Virus record (IMG/VR): IMGVR_UViG_3300032030_000035
Coordinates: 1-64,000 of that record
Source: a virus
Taxonomy: Duplodnaviria; Caudoviricetes
Direction: 5' to 3' (one strand)
DNA length: 64,000 nt
A program made the translations under genes and the position numbers. Numbering within the stretch: the first letter of the stretch is position 1; the number at the start of each line of letters is the position of its first letter. Shown piece by piece: positions 58,201 to 64,000 of this stretch. The notes under the pieces were generated by a model. That model saw only the letters and a list, made by a program, of their open reading frames with translations. It had not been told where the DNA came from and searched no databases.

Positions 58201-60858
58201 CTCTCTATTTATCCTATTAACTTCTTTTTTATCGCCAGCCTCTTCTGCTGCTTTTTTAGCCTCTTCTAATTCTTCGTATTTCTTTGTTAAATCATCTATT
58301 GCTTTTTTATTTTCTTCTATAACTTCTAAAGTTATTCGTATATCATTATTTTCTTGTTCTTTTTGTTCTTGAAGTTTTCTAAGACGCTCAGCTTCTTCAT
58401 CAGCTGCATCTTTAAATGCGCCTGCTATTTTCTTCCATCCCGAACTAACGATAGGAAAATAAAAAACCATATTAGTCATAGTTTGAAGTAATTTTTGTCC
58501 TATATCTAAATCATTATTACTCCAAATCTGACCAATTTTACTAATACCAATAAGACCTGTAGCTGCTTTACCTATACCAGCACCGACGTCCAGCCAATAT
58601 TTTGTAGCGGCTCTATCATCTAACGCCTTCGCAAAAGTTTCCTGAGCTGCAGTCACAGATTTTTGAGCTCCCGTAACGCCATTTATAGCCTGTCTAAGTT
58701 GCTCAGCTTTTTCAATTTCCTGTTGAATAATTGCTAAAGCTTTTTGATGATCGACCATTTTAATACCAGTAGTTTCATCTATACTAAAAGCGTCACCTCT
58801 TTTAAATAATTTATTAAGATGATCCTGACTAATACTACCTCCAAACTTATCTGAACCTTTAAAAAGAATATCTGTAAGGTTTGCGTCTGGTAAAAAATCT
58901 TCATCTGCAAATGTCTTTTCAACTAAATCACTCAATTGTTTCCAATCATATTGTAATTCAGCCGCACCTTTTACTAATCTATTTTGTGTTTCTTCTAACT
59001 TATCGAAATTTTTAAAGTCTGCTTTTTTAACACCATTAAGCAGTTCTCCATATTCTTTTTGCATTGATTCTACAATGCTTTTATTCTCTAATAATTTAGT
59101 TCCGGCTTGAGATAACTCATTAAAATGTTCTCTTTCTTCTTTTGTTAAGAGAGATACATTCTCATAAATTCTACGATAAAATTCTTCTTGTTCTGCTAAA
59201 CCTCTACTAACAAGTCCATCATCAGAGGGGTCATAACTACCCACAGAATCTCTAAGACTTTGGAGTTTACTCTCCTCTTCTGCCTTAAGCATTTTCTGGT
59301 TAGCATCATTCATAGCATTTTGGCTAAAAAACGTTGATAAAGGTCCAGTAGTAGCACCGGCACCAAGAGATAATGCTGCAGGGACTATACCAGCGAGTCC
59401 GCCAAAAGATTCAACTAAATGGTCAACACCCTTAATAAGGTTAGTTAATAAATCATAAAAATTCTTAATATCTTTATCATCAAATAAACTAGAATATAAA
59501 TCTTCAGATGCAGCTCTTAACTTATTTAAATGAGCCTGCATTGAGTCCATATAGATTTCATTCTGTTTAGTAAGTGTTCCTTCTGCCGTTGCTGCAGTCT
59601 TTAAGTTAGTCTGGAATTTATCCCAGTTACTCATTAAAGCAACTAATTGAGTATACTGTCTTGTACCGGCAACAGTCTGTGCTAAAGCTACCTGAGTATC
59701 AGCACTTAAACTTTGCCATTTAGAACCCATCTCATCAAGGATATCATCCATATCTTTAAGATTTCCATTGGCATCTTTGATGTTAATTCCAACAGCCTCT
59801 AATGCCTGAGAATATTTACCTAATGTAGTGCCATCTTCAAGAGTATCTCCTAACTCAAGATCCTGGATACGAGCAAACAATGTCTTAAAAGCTGTACCTA
59901 CGATATCTGCGGACTGACGAGTTTCAGATACTACTGTAGCAAGAGCAGTCGTAGCATATTCGTAACTTAAACCAACTGTGTCAGAAACTGCCGCGAACTT
60001 TTCGAGACCTTGAGCAATTTCCTCAGAAGAAGATGCGGTTGCCGCACCAAGAGCGGTAATGGTATCACCAAAAGACTCAAGTGACTTAGTACCATCATCG
60101 AAGTTATTCCAAATAGCAGTCATGTATTCAGAAACTTCATCTGCGGAAGTTCCTAAAGCGTTAGCCATTTTAATAGTAACGTTAGTTCTTTCCGCAACCT
60201 GCTCATCGTCCAAACCTTGCTGGTAGTAAATAAGAGAAGCATCAGTATAATCGGTAGTAGTTGTACCTAATGCCTGTGCTGCATTATTTGCCTGCACCGC
60301 AAACTCTTTCATATCTTCCGCAGACTTCTGCGTAACGATACGAATATCATTTAAAGACCTGTCTAAGTCTTTAATATATCCCATAGCCTGAGAAACTGTC
60401 TTAGTAGCGGTATTTAACATAGCGTTAAAGCCTGTATACATTATAGTATTTTTAAAACTACTAAATAATTTCTCGGTAAATTTATTTGTATATTGAACAG
60501 CCGTATTTAATTGATATACTTGCGAAGTAACTCTTGCAAAAGCAGTAGTACCTTCAGGTCCTAACGTGGCAAGATTAGCTCTAATTTGATTTAAACTCAT
60601 CCCACTTTTTTCAATACTCTTTTGGAAAGTATTGAAATTTATACCATTTAAATTTATATCAAAGGCAGAGTCTAAGGCATTTTCAAGAACTCTAACCGAT
60701 GAAGTTACTTTTTCAACTTGCTCGGCAGAAAAACCTTGAAGAAAGTCCGTATCAACAGAACCTAAATCTTTTAAAGATTTTTTTAAGGCATTTAATCCGG
60801 ACATATCGACTTGAGTTTTAATACCCAGAGTAAAAACCATATTATTATTATTAGCCAT
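52246..60858 (-). CDS. Tail tape measure protein (about 2870 aa)
   Basis: TP901-type TMP core (IRIVT, YYQQG, GTAFKTLFARI, VAGTRQ); long helical body; C-terminal FASGGYTG..AVLH.KELVLN. AGGAGG RBS supports ATG at 60858. Confidence 0.9.
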   Translation of the reverse strand: MANNNNMVFTLGIKTQVDMSGLNALKKSLKDLGSVDTDFLQGFSAEQVEKVTSSVRVLENALDSAFDINLNGINFNTFQKSIEKSGMSLNQIRANLATLGPEGTTAFARVTSQVYQLNTAVQYTNKFTEKLFSSFKNTIMYTGFNAMLNTATKTVSQAMGYIKDLDRSLNDIRIVTQKSAEDMKEFAVQANNAAQALGTTTTDYTDASLIYYQQGLDDEQVAERTNVTIKMANALGTSADEVSEYMTAIWNNFDDGTKSLESFGDTITALGAATASSSEEIAQGLEKFAAVSDTVGLSYEYATTALATVVSETRQSADIVGTAFKTLFARIQDLELGDTLEDGTTLGKYSQALEAVGINIKDANGNLKDMDDILDEMGSKWQSLSADTQVALAQTVAGTRQYTQLVALMSNWDKFQTNLKTAATAEGTLTKQNEIYMDSMQAHLNKLRAASEDLYSSLFDDKDIKNFYDLLTNLIKGVDHLVESFGGLAGIVPAALSLGAGATTGPLSTFFSQNAMNDANQKMLKAEEESKLQSLRDSVGSYDPSDDGLVSRGLAEQEEFYRRIYENVSLLTKEEREHFNELSQAGTKLLENKSIVESMQKEYGELLNGVKKADFKNFDKLEETQNRLVKGAAELQYDWKQLSDLVEKTFADEDFLPDANLTDILFKGSDKFGGSISQDHLNKLFKRGDAFSIDETTGIKMVDHQKALAIIQQEIEKAEQLRQAINGVTGAQKSVTAAQETFAKALDDRAATKYWLDVGAGIGKAATGLIGISKIGQIWSNNDLDIGQKLLQTMTNMVFYFPIVSSGWKKIAGAFKDAADEEAERLRKLQEQKEQENNDIRITLEVIEENKKAIDDLTKKYEELEEAKKAAEEAGDKKEVNRINREQKKVQKDKDKTQKTNDNEQKKLDELRDENGITEIIKSIEDLKDPQKTLFKGFEILTKKGIGGLKDAIVKKGGGLLKAIKEVYTGLGALGPVAAIAGVAIVGVKAALAVYNNTLEKNAKNAEEAARKDAELAEKKKEEYENIKNLKQAYDELNESEDVRSITDLRNETYKLCLQYGEEELAVKSLSASYDELNSIIEDNLGLRSEEYKNSTQKAIESQKKSIENAMLAYAGAEHGKTQFFSAEGDNIALTSGIGIDFGESDYIKQLNQYASQYGLEDLITGGILGGDYLNQEVFAELLAKDAQGFKDLINSSSNDVALELNEYIDMLGDKVDALTTLSTEAITAIKESISNTLTSADVASTNFLATRKDIISELINSGLKQDEAEDEANKILSQFSGEGLKNIQAYNLAEAIFGDPEGYFEEFAEHTQAELVFLARFQNYFKTTGKDIDEFLEKYGNLANLVSDSEFAMTIPATLAAANGKGKFEEDEINALFPDGRPEIKLKTGLIMDRETFENSDFETQTRVASQALLEGLIDTSKNAEATKQAIAELKGELETLPTSIKFGDMFDIDESNIETFRQAANIAEDLFEEKYSTIDFSQLTDDQLNAIEELITSEEISAEKYEEVLRAIGNDEIADALAKAQEQIKEAQATVDYEDLNGNETLQKAANENLEKAKQNYSELTEQINSYLASQGAVEKYNRQVINTTNELQAEMEALQAGIIDAAAADEEIEKQYKNIGAVIDTLQSQYSSLQSVVEDYNDNGKLSIDSIQQLVEMDNAFVASLELENGQLKINNEAYSSLMDVQMAYMRQQVMADLITDLHRLTEENATEATEKYNSTYSELGDTVLQTANKVAAGTELLEQFSKDAYRLAGLSASDFGVNTEAAEEAIQAAYNKLRLMGSIDYFEGTGSGSGSNKTKDKEEKDFDDEYDRYWDINNAIEKVTHALSKLDKEQEKLSRTELISSLKAENELLEIQAQKYNDLAAEQHKEAAELREQLEGYGIIFDSEGQIQNYLAQTKASLEQYNQVVADYNAGNISDESFEAYEKDYNTFKEVLDKYDELFYNKMVDTQDKLDDITRQIKENNLTGWETELTLKLDTHQADRDWNDFIGKIEDNFKSRWTDFGTQFRTAVFDANSLGGEGGTIDDELKAAKEVMAEIDKMEAGGDSSMFESISQAQDKLKELQDQLVDDAGALFDLYQNGWDNYNSAIDEVIDKFGEVQNSIEAINADLNHQSKIIELLYGQQAYDFLDSLYNAQSKNYLTQLASLRDQNAFYQSQYEKAAAEYGVDSDAAQKFKKAWDDAIKDLHAAEEAYLENLAKSYSNTVAKAFSDAEKKLMKGSSYNFVSEQWNLAKEAADGVYDDQEKIYQLEKLSLKYQEAIDKASTTKSQQKLQDLYESQVKSLEDRTTLTEYDITLAEKRLAVAQAEADLEDARNNKNALKVTRDTAGNWSYQYVADEGDLDDKQQALLDAQYEAYEYVKQNVSDLKEEMIKLAEDWSTTIADLEAKMIGATEEEKAQYQMMIDWYNDYYATQMNTKADELKAHEVNLAEETNALLATEYMVNTDNYNLMIDSQKRAIDEMAKFAIESATDVYNSAGEAYDAIVEHGDEAMRETIDYFATAASEITDIWSNNPDSVKNAMLEAMTICTQAQLDYGEAVREGCIAAGEDYADVEAQIYEDVEATEELQDATSDLVATATSELAEYESYLSFLEDAWYRVKDSVYENGIEMMDYISKLGAAKQAAIEFVSVLDEAIQKEYEFQRAAAGGTGGGGSSSSYDSSSNIRDWKIESQFGGNYGIWDTKQNNWVHIAGTSSDGYNGLLDYLADHGYISNENLEKKRQTMSDDEILKWMMTLPVLNTTTASHFASGGYTGDWSNDDGKFAVLHQKELVLNADDTANMLEAVSIIRQLSGINSSIQSAIAESIAAALGRISGVSGTGNITNNSGSNNVYNINAEFPAANDVNDIREALLSLPNLAAQRTGLQTI

Positions 60859-60894
60859 CTTCAACCTCCTTATAATCTCTTTTGGTCTAAAAAC

Positions 60895-60935
60895 AAAAAA
60901 TAGACCTCGTTATTTAATGTAAATAACGAGGTCTA
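60895..60935 (-). terminator. Strong terminator upstream of the tape measure gene
   Basis: Perfect 16-bp stem TAGACCTCGTTATTTA / TAAATAACGAGGTCTA with a T run on the - strand. Confidence 0.8.
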
Positions 60936-60955
60936 TAGATTAAATCATTTTACCC
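60914..60955 (-). promoter_or_regulatory. Possible class II promoter overlapping the terminator
   Basis: Reverse strand GGGT-N9-TAAT-N16-TTACATTAA (degenerate match). Confidence 0.4.
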
Positions 60956-60959
60956 TATT

Positions 60960-61469
60960 TTATTTAAGACCAGAACTCTTGGCTATTGAAACAACATTTT
61001 CCATTTTGTCTAAATCAAGAGATTCTAAGGCTTTATTAAATTTATCTGTAGCATCAGGCGCAAAAGCAAGGAATTTATCAATAAATCCTCTTGCGGAATT
61101 GCGGTAAACGGTATAGTCATCAACCATACTAGAAAGTAATTCAAGTAAGTCCGAATAATCTTTTGCGGGCATGGCATCAATTACTGCTTTAATAATACCA
61201 TCTTTTTCTAACGAGTCGTATAAAGCAAGGATATCTGCCTTATCCTCATCAGAGATCTCTAAATCAGTATACTTTAATATTAAGTATACTTCAAAAACAG
61301 CACTGGTAATAAGGTCAGTCATCACAGTACCGCCATCCGCCTTCTGCATTACCATCTCAAGCAGATTCTTTTTTTCTTCTGTTGATAAAAATTGTTTTAC
61401 CTTAATTTTAAGTTTCCCAACCTCTATTTCTTTATCGTTAGGAATTGCATTATTTATACTATACTTCAT
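60960..61469 (-). CDS. Hypothetical protein at the tail-chaperone position
   Basis: AGGAGG RBS; has its own promoter and terminator. Confidence 0.7.
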   Translation of the reverse strand: MKYSINNAIPNDKEIEVGKLKIKVKQFLSTEEKKNLLEMVMQKADGGTVMTDLITSAVFEVYLILKYTDLEISDEDKADILALYDSLEKDGIIKAVIDAMPAKDYSDLLELLSSMVDDYTVYRNSARGFIDKFLAFAPDATDKFNKALESLDLDKMENVVSIAKSSGLK

Positions 61470-61498
61470 AGAAGTACCTCCTTTTATTTCCTAATATA

Positions 61499-61527
61499 AT
61501 TATAACAAAATTTTTCTATTTTGTCAA
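61499..61527 (-). promoter_or_regulatory. Perfect sigma-A consensus promoter
   Basis: Reverse strand TTGACA-N17-TATAAT with TG. Confidence 0.88.
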
Positions 61528-61530
61528 GAT

Positions 61531-62805
61531 TTAAGTTACAATCTCTTTACCTCTTTGCTTATAGCCTTCTCTAGAATAATGAATACCTAATTTTAATTTA
61601 TGTTCTTCAAAAGGTGCTGTTTTTAGATAGTCTGCTAAAATTTGTCTTATACTATGAACTTGGATATCGGTACTTTGTGGATCATTTATTACAAGAAAAT
61701 CGGCAGTTTCATTAATATCGGTTAATATATTTCCTTTTCTTGTACTCTGTATTTGCATCTGTCCAAATCCACTATATCCATATATCATTTTTATTTTATT
61801 CATATAACCTATTACCGTGGGTACATTATTTGGTTTTGCGTGTATTCCTTGTGAATAAATTTTTAAAGCTTCTATTCTATCTACACCTTCCAACGACGTA
61901 ATTGGACTCATAATAGCTCTAAAAGGCACAGTATTATCTATAGTTACACTATTATTTGGTGAAGCATATTGTTTAAGAGAAAAATTTTTAGTATAAATTA
62001 ATTTTAAAGCCTTATCTACAAGTGTTGTTCCTCTTATCTCTATTTCTCCTTGCTGTCTTTGAATATCTACTTTTTGACTTTTACCGGTTAATTTACTATT
62101 ACTATTATCATTTTCTTTTTCTTTTTCTTGATCTTTAATAATTGATCCAAGAAGAATCTTTTGAAGTTCAGTTTGTCCATCTTTAGTTATAAGACCCATT
62201 AATCCTTTAAACTCATCATTAGTAACTTCGTAAGTACCATTAGCATTACCACCTTTTATACCTGCTAACACAGTACCAGTCATAAAATTATTTTTAGAAA
62301 ATTTATAATTTGTAGAAATTTCCCTCTCACCCATTTTTATAACTTTTTGATTTTGAATTGCTAAATTTAAAGATTTTGCTATAACTTGAGCAAAACCTTC
62401 CTCAAACAAGAATCCTCCCACTCCTTTAGCTTCTCCTGGTTGACGGAGATGATAAAAGAAATCTGGCTTAATAGCTGAATTTTGCCCTATCTCTTCAATT
62501 AAATTTGAATAAAATTTATCTTCTAATAATGTTTTAAAATACTTTCCTCCTTTAGCATCATTAAAATAACTTTGAGGAGACCATAGCTTAAAATTTTTCT
62601 TTCTATCCGCCATTCTTAATTTTATTCCATAAAAAAAATCTTCAAGTAATTTAGCATCTTCAATATCTTGTTCTAATTTAATTTTTCCTTGATATTTTTT
62701 CCAAATAGCATCATGTAAGTTTTTATACACCTGATTTGAATGTATTCGGTCATTTTCATTTGTAGGATGCCATCTGTAATATTGCCCTTCCCAATATGAA
62801 TGCAT
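61531..62805 (-). CDS. Hypothetical protein, possible PD-(D/E)XK nuclease fold
   Basis: GFLFEE ... QKVDI ... FSLKQY spacing. Confidence 0.45.
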   Translation of the reverse strand: MHSYWEGQYYRWHPTNENDRIHSNQVYKNLHDAIWKKYQGKIKLEQDIEDAKLLEDFFYGIKLRMADRKKNFKLWSPQSYFNDAKGGKYFKTLLEDKFYSNLIEEIGQNSAIKPDFFYHLRQPGEAKGVGGFLFEEGFAQVIAKSLNLAIQNQKVIKMGEREISTNYKFSKNNFMTGTVLAGIKGGNANGTYEVTNDEFKGLMGLITKDGQTELQKILLGSIIKDQEKEKENDNSNSKLTGKSQKVDIQRQQGEIEIRGTTLVDKALKLIYTKNFSLKQYASPNNSVTIDNTVPFRAIMSPITSLEGVDRIEALKIYSQGIHAKPNNVPTVIGYMNKIKMIYGYSGFGQMQIQSTRKGNILTDINETADFLVINDPQSTDIQVHSIRQILADYLKTAPFEEHKLKLGIHYSREGYKQRGKEIVT

Positions 62806-62835
62806 TAATTACACCCCTTCCCGCAAGTTTTATGT

Positions 62836-62872
62836 AAAAAAAAATAAGGGGTTCATAAAGAACCCCTTATTT
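62836..62872 (-). terminator. Terminator after the major tail gene
   Basis: AAATAAGGGGTTC / GAACCCCTTATTT stem with a T run on the - strand. Confidence 0.85.
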
Positions 62873-62887
62873 ATAATCTTAATCAGA

Positions 62888-64000
62888 TTAAGCAAGTGTA
62901 ATTGACTTACTATCTGTAGCAGTACCAAGAGTAGCTGTAACTGTAACTTCATCACCTGATGAAAGAGCATTAACATTAACTGAGAATGTGTTACCAGCAA
63001 GCATCTCAACATCGAGATTTGTAGAATCAGAAACTGCAGTAATTGTAGGTGTATCAGTAGAACCTGTTACTGTATAAGAACCTGTTACAACGCCTGTACC
63101 TGCTGTAAGCTCACGAAGAGTAACTGTAGGAGTAACTACAGGCTCACTAGAGTGAGTATCAGCATCAATATGAGTATGGAACTCTGTATCGTTGATATCA
63201 CCACCTGTAACAATCTGGATATCACAAACTGTCTTCTTACTTCTGTCGAACATTGTGTAAGCAGGCATAGCATCCATTACGAAGTCGAAAGTAGAAGGAT
63301 CACCAGATGCAGCCATTGTGAATGTAAATGCTGACTGTACCTTTACTTTAGGGAAGATAATTGATGCAGCAAGATCCTTACCTGTAGCTTCATCTCTGAA
63401 AAGTGTATCTGCTTCAACGTAGAAGAATCCACCAAATGAACTAGGAAGAATGTTAATTGTCTGTACGCCTTCCTTAAATGCGATATAGAAATCTACCTTA
63501 GCAGAAAAGCCTGCTGTTGTATTTGCTATTGTGAACTCTAAAGGATTAGCAGCTGTGATTTCAAGCAGATAATCTTCATCACCAGCAGCACCTGTTACAG
63601 TAATATCGCTATCTTCAATGTAATCTGTAACTGAACCTGAAGAGTTTGTCTTCATACCGAACATCGGTATATCAGAGCAGTAGTAAAGTGTTGTAGCTGT
63701 AAGACCAAGTTCACTATTTAATTCATCAAGAGTAATTTTACCCTTGCCAGAGTTATCAATATTTACATCATAAGATACATGAATATGTGCAATCTTAGAA
63801 GGTGTAGCATCAATAAGACCTGCACCAGAAAGAACTGCCATACCCATAGGACTCATAAGAGCATCAGTAACAGTGAAAGTCATTGTTTTTTCACCTTCCC
63901 AAGAGATGAGACGGTTATAACCACGACCACCCTGTGCATAAACTACTGTTGTAGCCTGCTCCATATTAGAAGTTGTAGCTGTATCTATGACAAAAACGGG
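62888..64000 (-). CDS. Major tail (tube) protein with C-terminal Ig-like domain (5' end outside window)
   Basis: Frame is open to 64000; YAQGGRG, TF.VTDAL, FTFTMA.SGDPSTF.F; high-expression codon bias; Thr/Val-rich C-terminal domain. Confidence 0.75.
   Translation of the reverse strand, partial: PVFVIDTATTSNMEQATTVVYAQGGRGYNRLISWEGEKTMTFTVTDALMSPMGMAVLSGAGLIDATPSKIAHIHVSYDVNIDNSGKGKITLDELNSELGLTATTLYYCSDIPMFGMKTNSSGSVTDYIEDSDITVTGAAGDEDYLLEITAANPLEFTIANTTAGFSAKVDFYIAFKEGVQTINILPSSFGGFFYVEADTLFRDEATGKDLAASIIFPKVKVQSAFTFTMAASGDPSTFDFVMDAMPAYTMFDRSKKTVCDIQIVTGGDINDTEFHTHIDADTHSSEPVVTPTVTLRELTAGTGVVTGSYTVTGSTDTPTITAVSDSTNLDVEMLAGNTFSVNVNALSSGDEVTVTATLGTATDSKSITLA

Noticed and set aside
1130-63334. 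Short ORF-track entries antisense to or nested in long genes (e.g. 3103-3327, 5164-5499, 8429-8854, 12521-12841, 57038-57334, 61171-61494)
   Set aside because: They are shadows of well-supported genes, with no RBS or recognisable motifs.
1-64000. Stop-codon reassignment
   Set aside because: Conserved enzymes are full length in the standard code, and TAA, TAG and TGA all end genes at expected positions.
1-64000. CRISPR array or diversity-generating retroelement
   Set aside because: No regularly spaced repeats and no reverse transcriptase. The tail fibre duplication differs at all base types, not just adenines.
1-64000. Bacterial chromosome origin (gyrAB, ligA, dnaE, nrdD, clpP)
   Set aside because: The genes are divergent, interleaved with phage hypotheticals and joined to a tail module. 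No ribosomal or core metabolic operons are present.

Overview
A 64-kb slice of a large, AT-rich (roughly 30% GC by eye) tailed dsDNA phage genome using the standard genetic code. The host is probably an anaerobic Firmicute (Lachnospiraceae/Clostridia-like), inferred from sigma-A promoters, AAGGAG Shine-Dalgarno sites, class III RNR and host-type repeat domains. The + strand (1-39815) carries a near self-sufficient replication and nucleotide module: PhoH, RNase H, GyrB/GyrA, SleB-like hydrolase, NAD-dependent ligase, ClpP, ThyX-like protein, an SPbeta yorF-L-like replisome, ADP-ribosylglycohydrolase, adenine MTase, RecD/Dda helicase, a free-standing endonuclease, DnaE, NrdD, dUTPase, a tail fibre and RuvC. 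It converges at a bidirectional terminator on a - strand tail module: major tail protein, 2870-aa tape measure, 2651-aa tail-tip protein and baseplate proteins. No tRNA, CRISPR array, integrase, intein or DGR was found. Best candidates for novelty: (1) window-wide over-representation of GCGG/CCGC, resembling Firmicute AddAB Chi cores; (2) a GyrA-box gyrase whose quinolone-site residues match resistance alleles; (3) an identical HTHIDADTH peptide in two different tail proteins; (4) a second promoter class, GGWC-N9-YAAT-N16-TKAWATWTA. All family assignments come from recognised motifs, not database searches.
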